NCBI GenBank assembly: GCA_004022145.1
Contig: RCNU01000016.1
Reading direction: 5' to 3' (one strand)
Origin: Paecilomyces variotii
Taxonomy: Eukaryota
Length of the DNA stretch: 64,000 nt
Part shown: in pieces, positions 12,499-25,391 of the stretch
Position numbering within the stretch: the first letter of the stretch is position 1
Layout: every line of letters starts with the position of its first letter
Program-made: the position numbers and the translations under genes
Notes under the pieces: model-generated
Database searches by the model: none
The model's input: the letters and a program-made list of their open reading frames with translations, nothing else
Told to the model about the DNA's origin: nothing

Positions 12499-12992
12499 AT
12501 GGCGGCACCACAGTCACGCCTGCTTGAGTTACTCAAGGTGAGATATTATTTCGCTCGTGGTCATGATATGTTGCTAACTGCCCCTTCTTAACAGAGTCAG
12601 TGCCGCATCTTCTCTCTGAACTACAATCCTCAACGCTTGCGGCTGGGAAATAAGATCTTGCGACAGCGATTGCGAGGACCGGCGCTTGCGGCATGGTACC
12701 CTAGAAAGACCGTGTCATTCCGTGATCTCCAAGAGACGTACAAACCTCTTGGTTTGACCACCTTCGATGAAGCGGAGGATGACCGAGAAGAAGCGATCCA
12801 GATGTATGTATTCGAATAACCTCAGGGCGAGAAGTCTACCTGTCACTAACATCCAACCCAGTGCCAAATTAAGAGGAAAGGGACGACCGAAGAAGAAGCG
12901 AACTGCAGCAGGTACGATCCTTTATAAACGACAGCACATGTCGACGACGCTAACAGCTTCCAGAATCGAGAACGGCAAAGAAGAAGAAATAA
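12499..12992 (+). CDS. rsm27: Mitochondrial small-subunit ribosomal protein mS33/Rsm27, 4 exons
   Basis: Spliced: MAAPQSRLLELLKSQCRIFSLNYNPQRLRLGNKILRQRLRGPALAAWYP..EDDREEAIQIAKLRGKGRPKKKR..KKKK*. Confidence 0.9.
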
Positions 12993-13662
12993 GCCATACG
13001 TCTTTGAGTGCACGGGACACAGGAGAAGGATGCATTGCTGACGTAGATTGCGCGGTGTCTAGAAAACATCGCGTACTCGCCTGCGGCTGGCCGCATTCAT
13101 TCAAACTTTCTCCGGAGGAGTTCTGGGCTCTTTCTTACCATGCGTGCTTTCCTTCCCATGTAATATTAGCTTCTACCGAAATCATCCCAATGAAATATCA
13201 GGAAAATAGAGTATATGACAATGCTTTGTCTGGAAACCAACAATCACGATATATGATGCATCTCTGAAAGATCCAGTTTCGCTCTTTGCTGAATTTACAA
13301 ATATAAGCCAGCAGACAGCAATGAGCCGTCTATTAACCACTTTCAGCTATCCTTTCAGATATCTATTCTATATAATCCTGGACTGTTATCTACCAGTGCC
13401 CCTAGTGATATTTGCTCTATAAAACAGGGGGAGGGGGGCTCAATATTCTGCCTATAATGTATCGAAATCGTATTATAACTCCAAAGATAAGAATCGTTGC
13501 CACTGTGCAATCTAACAAGGATAGTACTAGAAGAGTATTAAGGATGCTTTGTAAACTACTATGCCAGTACTAGTACACAACACGGATTACTAGTAACAGA
13601 GAAACCATGTCATTATTTAATGTGACCTATTATTGTGACTTATGTCGATGGTTCATAGCTGC

Positions 13663-15404
13663 TCATCGTCGACTCCGTCTCTCTTCATCTTTCTTGAGTC
13701 GCTTGCGACTCTCACTCGCAATCATATCACTGAGATCCTCCTGAAAAGCCCAATTAGGATGCTCTTGCTGTTTCTGCGCATCATAGAGACCCTGAAGGTC
13801 CTCCTTATTGATGCCATCATGAGCCTGCAAAGAGTCCGGATCAACAGACACTTCAACATCGCCCGGCTTCTTCCTCTTCCGGTTCTGGTCTTCTGCCCCA
13901 AGAACGGGAATGTGACTCTGAGCTGCTTTGAGATCATATGCTCTGTCGCCTCCGAAGAAACCGTGTACGCGGGTCTGCTGTTCGGGAATGACTTGGTACG
14001 CAGTTCTTGGTTGTGTGTATTCCTCGGTTTCTGTTCCCCGACCATGCTTGCGCACATCGAATTCACCAGCTATGCTCTCTGTTCCTCCGATTTCGGTTGG
14101 TACTGCGGAAACAATACCGCTGGGAGTTTCCAAGCCACTGGGTGTCTGCAATCCTCCCTCGTCACCCTCCTCCTCCTCTTCCTCCTCTTCCTCCTCTTCG
14201 CTTTCTTCTTCCTCTTCCTCTTCTTCTTCTGGAGGCTGTAGTTCTCCCCAGAGATCCTTCTCCACCGGCTCCCCTTGTTGCACGTTCTGCTGCGTTTGCA
14301 GCACACCGAAAATATCACCTCCATAGAGAGGTCTGTTATGCTCGTCCACTGGAGGTTTTCCATAGCCACCGGGATGGTAACCCCACATGCCTCCCGGGGG
14401 CGGAGGAGCGTTCAGACCAGGAATCTTGAGAGCAGGATAGGACGGCGGGGGTCCGAACCGCTGCTGATTGATGAGCCAAGGAGGCGGTGCGCCTGGTGGG
14501 ATATTGAGCGCTTCTTTTAGCTCGTCACTGAGCTCACCAGGGCGCAAGTGCCGGAGATTCGTCTCGTATTCCTTGCCTTCGTAGTAAACTTCGCCGTAAC
14601 GAGTGAGTTCGGGCTTTGTCTGAAATCGAAAGAAAGCCTCGTAAAGCTTCTGGTAATCGATATCCAATCTTCCCATTTTCGGGTTTACTCTTTCTCTCTG
14701 CTTCTGCTTTAAAGTTGCTTGTTCCTGTTTTTCAAGGGCGGCGTCCCGCATTTCAGCGATACCCGTCTCCTGGATGAACTTGGGAAGCGCAAAGGGAGGT
14801 TTCTCCACACCTCTCTTGGAAGAGAGATATTCCCGTTTCAGCGACCAATGTGAAGGTACAGGGACGACATTTCGATAGGCTTTGACGTGAACGAGCAAAC
14901 GCGGGTCTGGGGCTGATGTATCTGTCCACTCCACAATCTCAGGTTTGTGCACCATTGCCTTAAGTTCAGCAACAGAGAGCTTATTCAATTCTTTCCGTTT
15001 CCGCTTCGATAATTTGGGCGCCTGGTTCTCCTCTTCATCTGGAACCTCGTCATCATCGTCGTAATACACCTCTGGTTTTTCGGGCTCTTTGGGCGCGGCG
15101 CCTTCTCCTTCCGTATCCTCAAACTTTCCTATGACATCCTTGTACATATCCCATAAGGGATCGTTAGGGTCTACCGAAATTTGTGAGAGTTGCGAATCCT
15201 TGTCATCATGTGCCTTTGATGTCGATGGTTCAGTTTCGGGCTCTACTTTTGAAGGCTCGACCTTCGGTTCAGCAGCGTCCTAATAATAGTTAGCAACTGA
15301 CTCAACAGAAGTGTGCACGTATGACATACCTCATTATTCTTCTTCTCCTTCTTCCTTTGCCTTCTCAGTTGATTCTTGCTAAGTTTCGCAGTTGCCGCCG
15401 GCAT
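13663..15404 (-). CDS. cus1: U2 snRNP splicing factor 3B subunit 2 (SF3B2/SAP145/Cus1)
   Basis: Motifs VPVPSHWSLKREYL, KQKQRERVNPKMGRLDIDYQKL, PPPWLINQQRFGPPPSYPALKIPGLNAP. First exon MPAATAKLSKNQLRRQRKK starts at 15404. Confidence 0.93.
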
Positions 15405-16209
15405 GGTGTACGAAAAGGGACAGGGCCCTAGCTCCTATCTTGGTGGATGGATCGTATACTCGCGTCAGGATGGTCCGATATCGTATCAAGCTTCGTCAAA
15501 GACACGAAGAGCTCCCCACTGGGTATTAAGGTGCTTGCGCGAGCTAAACTTTTCTGATGGGAATCGAGCGCGGTTGCGATCGAGAACTCCGACGCCGACT
15601 TTCGCCTCTGCTCCAATACCGTCACGTGATAATACGCGCCTATCGCTCCACAGCCTGCTTTACTCTAAGTAAGTTAGTGTACAGATTCGCGCGTATATAG
15701 TTAAGGCCCCAGCCCCGCTATAAAGTAGGTTGTAGATGCAACAATCTTCCCTGTTACCTGCCACATGTATTTATAACTATATCTGACAAATGGTACAGAA
15801 ATATGATATCATACTAGGAAACTAGTATTAGCATGTAGTTAGTCATTTCCAACTTCGCCTGGTCGTCTCCTGCCTGCTATTCCAAGCGCCTTATTGCATA
15901 CTGGCAATAACTTTTGTCGTCCTAGGGAAGAAATAGAAAAGGAAATACATGAAGAATGAGAAAAGGACCTGTCAACGCCACTGTTCTCCCAGAACTGTTC
16001 GAGCGTCAATGCTGATGCCTGCGTAGGGAACAATAAAAAAACAGACTGATGAATAGGCCGATATCAGAAACGTCCAAGCGTTATCTGGACACGACAGTAG
16101 CCCGCCCAGGTCAACCTGATGCGTAACGAATGCAAGAGCTCTCCTTTCTCCGTTCACTGCCTGTGTTCCAGATATCCAAGTCAGAAAAGAGAAGGATATT
16201 ATGCAAGGC

Positions 16210-17784
16210 TCAAAAGGAACGCTGATTCGGATTGCCATCGTTCCTCACGAGGACAGGGTTATACCTGAGCTGAGGTGGAATAAGCGATGGGTCGCTCCTT
16301 GGGGGGTTCAAAGGGCTGGCAATGGAATTGGGCATTGTATGTAAGGCATCGCTAAGAAAAGAAGACATCCCGTGACTTTCACCTGGCTGTTCACGAATTT
16401 GTTGGCGGCCATTATCCCAATCGCCCTGGCTGCGAGACTCACTAAGCACATGTGTCTGCAACCTGTCTAGGTTCGCGTGTCGACTGACTACCGACTGTCT
16501 CCTAGATACGGGGGGAGAGATATCCGTTGGAGACCGCGATGCTGGTTCAAGTTGCGGTGATTCCCTCCGTGAGCTAGGAGGTGTAAGACGGGATCCTCGT
16601 CGACGAACTTGACAAGTAGGACATATCTTGACGAAACGGGAAATAAGCTCCTTGGGGATCCTGGATATGTGTTCTGTCAGATAAAAGCCACAGAAGACCA
16701 GCATATTTGAGGCCACTTTATCAGGACATGTCCGGCGTGACTTACCATGAATATACCCGACGCACTTGGGCAGAGGTCTTGTCTCGACCACCGTGTTGGC
16801 ATTCTTGATGTGCCTTTGTAAGAATCTTGAATAGCTTTTCGCGAATAGCTACTGGCTTTCCCTCATGACAGACCATCCTGCACTGTTTCAATACCATCAG
16901 AATTAGCATCATCCAAGAGTTGAACATGTGACATCATGTTACCTCTGGGTTTTGTCCGTCAATTGCCTGGAGCTTGAACATCTTTTTGACCCAGAACCTA
17001 TATTTTTCATCGTTAGAGATTCCCATTGGTATAGTTGAATAAAGATGGAGATTGGATAGAGGCGATATAATGGCAGGCTTCTGCAATTGGATGAAGGGAT
17101 ATCTATTTACGTACCTGAACTGAGCAGATTCGACAGCCGTATCCTTCGGGTCCATCAGCACGCTCCTGATATTCCGCGCTCTGGCGGCGTGAATAAGTGC
17201 TTTGTCTTGTTTCTTCACAGAAAGATCATCGACATAACTGAAAATTTGATGAGCAAAGTGTCTGTCTGCTCATTCGATGGGAAATGGACAACATACCTTG
17301 CCATTAACCGGTCGAATTCCCTAACATCTGGAAAACCTTGCAGTGGAGGTATGACAGGTTCAGACAGCATTGTGCTCTCATCGAACGACTCTTGACTTTC
17401 GACTTCATCTCGAGGCAACGGAGACCGCAGAGGCAGATATCTCGGGGAATGAAGATAGTGCGTCTGGGATGCATAGTCTGAGTATTTGTGAGGCAACCCC
17501 TGGGAGAAGATCTGGTTTTGTGGAGAAATTGGAGAAAGATACTGCCTAGGGGCGTAAGATGCTCCCGAATCCGGAGGATTTTGAGACAGACATGACGGTT
17601 GAGCAAATGATCCGAGCTGAGTCGAATAGGTGCTAAACGGCTGCTGGGAGAAGCTGTATGCTGCAGACTCAGCGTACCCAAGCTCATGCGGTTCGACATT
17701 GTCATATGTGCCAGATATATTCAGTTGCTGGCCAATGAAGTAGTTATCGTGCCCCTGGCTGCTATATTTTCCGTACCCACTCAT
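16210..17784 (-). CDS. Integrase zinc-binding (H2C2) domain protein, multi-exon, no catalytic integrase core seen
   Basis: Spliced: ..YVDDLSVKKQDKALI..ESAQFRFWVKKMFKL..HEGKPVAIREKLFKILTKAHQECQHGGRDKTSAQVRRVYSWIPKELISRFVKICPTCQ.. Start and final exon less certain. Confidence 0.75.
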
Positions 17785-20700
17785 GATGGCTTGATCTAGA
17801 TAGTACTGGGAAAACCAATATATCGACGACAGAACACAGGGGATGCCGGTATGGTACAAGTCTTTGTGTGATTAGGAGTAATTGAGAGAGGTATTTAGCG
17901 GCTTTCAAGTCCACTATGAGTCAATATTATGGATATCGTATTCAATCTGCCACAACTGGAACCCCAGACTGAGTTGTCATGAATCGTATAAATATAGTCG
18001 ATAGAGGAACCAAGATCAAGAAGAAGAGAAAGACAGAAGAAGGGCTTCAACACCAAGAAACCAGTGTGAATGGTGAAACACTTCTTTAGGGGAAATTGAA
18101 TGCCAGGTGGTATCAGGAAGCAATCTCAAGACACAAGAAGGGCGAAGGATAGCATACAAATAGCTAGTCTGGCTAGCTACAAGCAGAAAAGAAACATGGG
18201 ATCGCATGCGGGTGCTGTACATCGAGTACGTGTGGCAAGAAGAGTTCAAAAGAGAGCTCCACGAGACCATGACGCCCTGCCTGCAGAATCCAAGCGACCA
18301 TGAGAGGAAAGAAGCATAGAGCATAGGATCCCTGGAAAGGGACAGCAAATAATGCAATAGATGTGTTCTCTGTAAGGTACGGGGCGAGATACTAAAAGTC
18401 AGCTGAACCATCGTGGGAAATGGGGATAAGGTGGAGCTTGCATGGATCTGGATATCTGACTGCAAGTTGCATCGACAATCCAAGCCGGAAGCGGTCAAAC
18501 CCAATCGAGTAAAGAGCATCATTTTCGCCTGGTATAAGGATCAACGGGGGCAGACAGCTTGTTGTTCCATTCTTCTGCCCGGGCCTCGCTGATTCAGAGC
18601 CAAAGAACAGCCACGGTGAGTTTTCACATCACTGCAAGCCCCAAGCAGCATGGATCTTCGCAAGGCGCTCATGCGTTGCGCTTCCTCACCGACTTCATTC
18701 AACAATGTCTTCATCAACGGAAATATACATGGCACGCTCGCTGGCCACGTCGAGGAGGGTGGCCCTACTGCAATGTCATCCAAGGGTGCTGTATGCCGGG
18801 ACAGGCTATAACCAATGGCCGGACGGTGATCGGGGGATTGGGGGCCAGCTATGGCGCCAACAAAGTCGTCAGAGATCCATGATAGGTCTCGCGATCCGAC
18901 TTTGGTACCTTTCAGAGAACTGTCTGTGTAGGCTCAACTGTCATCTAGACCTGGCCGATATACATACTTCATTTTCTCTGACCGTGACAGTGCGATGCCG
19001 GGAACCATCGGGCGCCCCTCATCTGCAGCAGTGGCATGCACAGAAGAGCCCTTATTTGGGCATGATGTCTCCTGCGTGCAATAAATCAGGGTCAAGGGGG
19101 ATAGAACTCCGGTTCCTGCGAAATCCATATCGTCGGAGACTCGTGTCCTGGGGTGATTTGGGCTGGCAGTGTCAAATCCGTGTCTAGCCACGAGGCACAA
19201 TCGAGCGTTTCACGTCTCCCAGGCGGCTGCTTTTCTGTGCGACGTATCTACTGCATTGCCTCGAGGTGATGAGCCACTTAGGAATGCCCACCGCACTATG
19301 ATGACGGACACCTGGACCATTTCTGACGTGCCCTTCAACTCTCTCATATGTCCTTTGCAAATGCAGCTCTGCTGTCCAGACCTCTTGACTCTGGGTGTCT
19401 TCTACCCGTCAATGAGAAAAGGCATAAGCAATCTTTGTATGTCGTGGAATCATTGCTGCAGATCTCTGGAGAGGATCTTCTCAATGGCTCGTATAAGTGC
19501 GTTTGTTTATGACAATGTCTCAGCGACCTAGCTGGACCATTGAAGCTACGCTGCTATGGGTATAGCGGTCTCCGCACTGTGGACTCTATCGGTTCTGGCC
19601 TTTATCTGTCTTAACCAAATCTGATACTGGATAGTATCGCTAAGACAGCGAGATATACATACATAGTCAAAAGCTTCCAGATGATGTAGTTGCGATGGTA
19701 ATAGCCGGACTGTGACTAGGGTAGGCTTCTTGCGATCGCAACGAGCGTCTCAAGGACAAGAGATCTCCGATAATGTGCGCTGCTGCAGGGACAGCGAACA
19801 GGAGAAATCGCCGTCCACTCAGTGCAGAACAAGTAGCACAGGATTCGTCGCGAGATCGGGCATGAGAAGTAGCAAACGGTGTTCTCCGATTTGCTGCTTG
19901 TGCTGTTCGCATTGAGCAAAGTAGACCAGTCGTCTAGGTAGTGTATATCTATGCAATCGGGCAACGTCCGGCATTAAGTAGCGGAGCCGTGGAGAACTGG
20001 GTCTCGTTAATAAATAGTAACTATATACCATTTTTGGGATGAATAGCGCCAGAATCCGATGGGCTATTAGATTATCACGGGATTTCCAAGTGCGGTTCAG
20101 CAGACAGCAGGGCCGGGGTTATTGCCATCAATTATCTATTATTGGGATCAGAGAATGAACAGTTCACGAAACGAAGGCATGGATAATTACCATAGCCTTG
20201 CTAAGTCTCTCAATGACTAACTGACATCGGCCGTCGAACCCAACTAGTCATCATGTCACACATAACTACCTGCAGCTTAAAGTCTGAGAATCAATAGTAT
20301 TCTACGCTTAGACCGCACTTTTGAGTCAGACAGACAGCACGAAGTTCTCCGATCCTTCACGATATAGCCTGGTCTCTGGACTTGGATCTAGACCCTTGAA
20401 AAGGTGAGCTAGACTTGACGGCGGCGGAATCAGTAACTCCCTGGATGTATCTTGTCGGATCCTAGATACATACTGTTGCACAATACTAGCAATACATGAA
20501 GAAGCAGCACTATAGACCGTGTCGAGAATGATGAAATGCAATCCCATTTCCTGAAAGGAACTTGAGCCATGTACTCGGTACTATACATTTCGAGGTTGCA
20601 GTGGACTTGAGGGACTCGGAATATTCAGAAACTGATCTCTCCTAACTTTGATCTCCTATATATCATATTAATTATTATTTACCTTTCTGGGACATGGATC

Positions 20701-22325
20701 TTGATCGTTGACCATACTTCCTGAAGCGCTAGTCAACAGTCAGTCAAAGTTCGGTCCCCTTAACCAAACAAGCAAGTATAGTTATGGGAACTAACTACAT
20801 ATCTATCTAACCCTCCTCTAACCTTACCCTCTCATTGTCTGCATGTATATACCCTGTCATTCTCCCTTGTCAAAGACAAAAGATTAAAACAAAGGAACGA
20901 AGCCAAACCCCCTGTTCCTACAAAGCAAGCCACACTACCGGAACCGCAGGACCATCTCTGTTTGGTTATAGAACTCGTTAAACGAACGGATACTTCGGGT
21001 TTAACTAATTAGCTTTCTTTGGTTTCTTCTGTGCCCATGCCTGTCAGGATACGAGCATAGTAGGCGAGATAATCTTCCAAACTACCTAATGAGTAAATGT
21101 CTATTGGATACTTTACTCTCTGCTCTTGCTATTAATCATGCAGTGCAATCGCCTCATTCCATCCCTATATCCCGATTACCGTCTGCAGAATTTCTTTTCT
21201 TCAGAATAATCCAAAATAACTCCTTGTATAGTTAGTATACATGCATCTTGTTTCGGGGTTCTAAGCGCAGAGTCCCCGTGCCTCTTGTAGAAATTTCAAG
21301 TGTACTAACTAGCACCTCACCTCACTGCAGAGTTGTGGAGTCATTCCCTACCTTGTGTTACTTTGTTTCTCTTTTCAAGGTCCCGTATATTGCCCATATG
21401 AGGGCGGTCCTCATCGTATTTTCTTTCGCCTCACCTGATTGCAGCTGCCTCTTCTCGTCTAATAGACATTTATCATGAGTACTACCCGAAAATGGAAGTT
21501 CTTGTTATCTCGTTAGAGAGCCGATTTCTCAACGACGGGAAATGTCGGTATAGGATGACCCGCCGACCTCTCGTTATGCTATACCAGTGTGGGCCCAACA
21601 TCGGGGTTCTTTACTACATTGCTTTTAGCCATTGGACAAGCGGCATGAAGGATTCGATTGTGCTTCCTGGCTGATAACTGGAAAGGAGCAGCCTATCCTC
21701 AAAATTTCCCTTGTACTTTTTTCCGCACAGGAGGCTGCGCGTGCTAGATGGCAATGATACAGTAGAGCAAGATAATGCAAGCAGACAGCGGTATTGAGAT
21801 TTCTAGACCCGTGAAGAGTTCCCGAAGCGCTATTGCCAAAAAGCTTTATTGACATAAAACAACAAATATAAATACAGTGTCGCCCATAGAAACATAGTCA
21901 TCACCCCTGATTCCACCAGGTCCTGAGATGAGCACACCCAGCAAGGCGTGGGATGAACGGCGTTTATAAAAACAAGTTGCAAGAACGGAACCTAAGGAAG
22001 ACCCAGATAGTCAAAACACCGCCCAATGGATCAATTAAACCAAAATGCCTCATCGTCATTAGTCATAGAGCATCTGTCAGCCAGACAGAGTAGCTGTTCT
22101 GTGCTCCCCCAGCGATAGAATGCTGTCATTATCGAGTTATAGCAGTGCTTTTTCAAGAAGCCGGTGAGGGATAGTACCGCAACTTTCGAGCTTCAGGAAT
22201 GCTGTGCGTGGGGTGGGAAGAGGCACATGCCACGAATTGCGAGGGATCTTTCCTCGGGTGACATATGCGTAGTCGTGTATCGCGTTTTTGTTTCATTAGA
22301 TGATTCGTTCATCACTTCAACCGTA

Positions 22326-25300
22326 TCAGGGCAAGAATCGATTGCCATTATCTGCGGTCTCAATCGGCTCCGCGTCGAAATGCCCAGCATCAGTCCTGAC
22401 CAAGCTGCGAATAGCCCATCTCCAACTGTCGCCGAGCTTTCCACGGTCAGCATTGACCCATTTATCAACTTTGCGCCTCCATTTTTCTTCCTCCGCCCTT
22501 TGTCGTTTGATAAACTCTGGTCCGACGTCGAACTCTTCGGTCATCGGCCATTCGTCCGAAGAATCACCACCGCTCCTATCATCACCGCTTGCCGCGCCAT
22601 CGCCTTCGTTCGAGTCGTACGTCTTCGTTGCCTGGGGCCCACGTGATTTCGACACATTGTCTTTAAGATCCTCTAGACCTGCAAATGGATCTTCATCCTC
22701 ATCGACCACAGCGACTCCTTCGGTGCCGGGCTGTGTCGCCGCGAGCTTGAGCCAGCACATCCGCCGAGGATCAAAGACCATGCCCCCAACGACCTGCACA
22801 CCTTGCATTGCACCTACATTCGTTATCAGAGCCGGCGCCGTCTTTGGTGATTTAGGAGACGCCAATGCATCAAAGCCAGCCAAAGCATTCTCGTTCCCTT
22901 CCCAGCGGAACGTAGAAGGGTTGTACTGCATTCCCTTGAGGGCTGTAACAAGAGATGTCAGCTTAGATGCACATAGTATTCTTACAACATATGGAATTAA
23001 CGCACACTTAGCCTCATGCACGCCCGCTCCCAGCGGCTTGATCAAGTGAGGCTTGTTTAAACCTCCCGACTTTCCTCTTCTGCTCTTGATTGTCGACGAA
23101 GAGCTAGAGCCATGAGTGCCGGCTTGAGCCTTCCAATTTGCACTGACAGGAGCTAGAGGGCCGCCATCACGGTCCCTCAGGCTCATGTTCAATGAAGCTA
23201 TGCGCTGTTCCCTGGCATTTCTAGAGGCAGCAGTGTCGCGTGCAAACCGTGGAGTAGAGTCCTGTGGCCTGGAAGAAGTTACGGGAGTGGTTGGGGGGAA
23301 GGGATGCTCTGTTCGGTTTCCCGACGAAGTCTGTGACTGATTCGATTTAAGACGGAGAGATTTAGGAGCACCGCGCCCGACAGGTTGTTTGACGAATTTG
23401 CTCTCAGCTGATGCGGACGTTGGAAGATCATCGAACGACTCGAGCTCGGTTCCGTCACCGAAGTTTCGCCTCCTGGTTGGCCGGGTGATAGTGCGCTTAG
23501 CAGCTGCCGCTAGAGTCTCAGGGGCTAATTCGGTCGAAGAACGACCGGGAGTATCTGACCGCGTAGAAGTTGAATGACGAGAGGTCGGCCGCTGGGTATA
23601 ATGAGTATCTGTAGAACTATCCGAGTCCTTACGTCGAAGGTTACGGGGTTTGACGCTAACATGATGGGATTGATCATGAGATGCGCCCGCTGGAAGAAAT
23701 GGCGCAGGTGTTCTGCGGTTAGATACCAAGCGCGAGTCATTCGTCATGCGTTCGACCGGGGTTTTTGGCCGAGTCAACGAAGATGGCCGAGGAGCTCCGT
23801 CGTGACGTCCCGGAGAGCGCTGGAAGGACAGCCCTGTCGCAGACCCGGGCGCAGTACGCATGGCCGGCATGGATCTCTTTGCTCTCAAGAGCTGAGCACT
23901 AGTAGTAGTCGGCTCATTTTTGACAATATCCCTTGAAGGGTTAAAGACGAAATTGCGACGGCCGGGGGTCGAAGGCGTCGAAGTATGAGAAGATGTAGGA
24001 AGCGTAGGAAGGGAAGAGTGAGATATATGACCTCCAAATCTCGACTGCGGCCTTCGAAACTGCTGGAGGGGAGCACCGCTTTCAGAGACGGGTTCAAGGT
24101 GGGTAGAATGAGAACGATCATGGCCATGCCCGGAGAGGCGCGGAATTCGGGTTTTAGGGGAGACGGGCTTGTTTGTGAAAGTGATCGTAGTTGCAGAGCG
24201 ACGAGCAGGGCTAGATGGACGTTCTGTCTTGCGTCTGATATTCCGGTTTAGAGTGAGTTTTCCCGGGTTGAACACATCGCCGTCTCCTATCTCAAGATCA
24301 TCGAAGAAATCCTCCTTGGCTGAAGCATGATCCGTCCTCTGCACCTTCGAGGGCGTGTCGGGGATATCCTGTGGAGGCTGCGACTCTTGCCGCTTCCTCA
24401 GGGATTCCTCGAGATTCAAGGGCCCATCAGGAAGGACCAAACCATCCAAGCCATCATCACTCTCAGCAGTTAAACAACTAGAAACACTGGGACTAAGAGC
24501 AGAGGCCGAAGAACTGCGATTTGATCGACCGTCCCTCATAGTTCCCGCAAAACGGACGCCAATGCTTCCTTCCGCCCACTCGAGGTCGAAATCATCCGGA
24601 GTATGGTTTGAAGAACCTGGAGTGTCCTTCCGTGTCGAGAGTCTCAGAGGCGTCCCGTCATCCGGAAACTCGAGGCCATGATCGAAATCATCCGTGTCTT
24701 CGGTGACATTCTGATTGTTCAGCACAGTCTGCCTTTGGGCCGCTCTCGGCTTCGGGACTTTGATTGTGGGGATATCGCCCATATCGAGGAGATCATCGGA
24801 GTCTTTGAAAGCGGCTAGGTTGGGTACAGTCGGTCTAGAGTGCGGCGATGATGTTATATCAAAAATGTTCGGAGAGTGACATTTGACCGGGCTTGTAACG
24901 GCGGAGCCAATTTGACGCAGACTGTCGGGAAAGATGCGTGTCTCATGTTCCCTCAATACCAGCTCTCCATTGACCTCTGATAGATCCAAGTCTTCAGACC
25001 AGTCTTCAACAGCACTCTTTTTCACTTTCCTACGGCCGAGCCTCTTGATCGCGCCCCCAAGTAAGGCAGACTTGGGGACATTGGGTGGAATTGGAATGCC
25101 GGCATCTTTGGCGGACGCAATGGCTTCCTCTGTGGCGGCTTCGTCATTATCTTGCAGCAGAACCTGCCAATCCTCGTCACCAGCGTTGGAGTCGAGATCG
25201 GAACGGGCTGAACGGCGAGATGAGATGGAATCACGGTGTCCAGAGCGGCGTACTGACGAGCTTGTCACAGATGTCGCGCTCGAAGCAGCAGGGAATTGTA

Positions 25301-25391
25301 TGTCATCCGTCCACTGCAGGTCACCATCGTCATCCCAACATTCAATCAGCTCCTCTTCAGCGTGGTGCAGTCGTAGAGTGGACGCCTCCAT
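22326..25391 (-). CDS. byr4: Septation/mitotic-exit GAP scaffold Byr4/Bfa1
   Basis: Long S/R/D-rich ORF with Byr4-type C-terminal motifs GMQYNPSTFRWEGNEN, PALITN, GMVFDPRRMCWLK. A 63-nt in-frame intron at 22943-23005. Confidence 0.8.
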   Translation of the reverse strand: MEASTLRLHHAEEELIECWDDDGDLQWTDDIQFPAASSATSVTSSSVRRSGHRDSISSRRSARSDLDSNAGDEDWQVLLQDNDEAATEEAIASAKDAGIPIPPNVPKSALLGGAIKRLGRRKVKKSAVEDWSEDLDLSEVNGELVLREHETRIFPDSLRQIGSAVTSPVKCHSPNIFDITSSPHSRPTVPNLAAFKDSDDLLDMGDIPTIKVPKPRAAQRQTVLNNQNVTEDTDDFDHGLEFPDDGTPLRLSTRKDTPGSSNHTPDDFDLEWAEGSIGVRFAGTMRDGRSNRSSSASALSPSVSSCLTAESDDGLDGLVLPDGPLNLEESLRKRQESQPPQDIPDTPSKVQRTDHASAKEDFFDDLEIGDGDVFNPGKLTLNRNIRRKTERPSSPARRSATTITFTNKPVSPKTRIPRLSGHGHDRSHSTHLEPVSESGAPLQQFRRPQSRFGGHISHSSLPTLPTSSHTSTPSTPGRRNFVFNPSRDIVKNEPTTTSAQLLRAKRSMPAMRTAPGSATGLSFQRSPGRHDGAPRPSSLTRPKTPVERMTNDSRLVSNRRTPAPFLPAGASHDQSHHVSVKPRNLRRKDSDSSTDTHYTQRPTSRHSTSTRSDTPGRSSTELAPETLAAAAKRTITRPTRRRNFGDGTELESFDDLPTSASAESKFVKQPVGRGAPKSLRLKSNQSQTSSGNRTEHPFPPTTPVTSSRPQDSTPRFARDTAASRNAREQRIASLNMSLRDRDGGPLAPVSANWKAQAGTHGSSSSSTIKSRRGKSGGLNKPHLIKPLGAGVHEAKCALIPYVVRILCASKLTSLVTALKGMQYNPSTFRWEGNENALAGFDALASPKSPKTAPALITNVGAMQGVQVVGGMVFDPRRMCWLKLAATQPGTEGVAVVDEDEDPFAGLEDLKDNVSKSRGPQATKTYDSNEGDGAASGDDRSGGDSSDEWPMTEEFDVGPEFIKRQRAEEEKWRRKVDKWVNADRGKLGDSWRWAIRSLVRTDAGHFDAEPIETADNGNRFLP

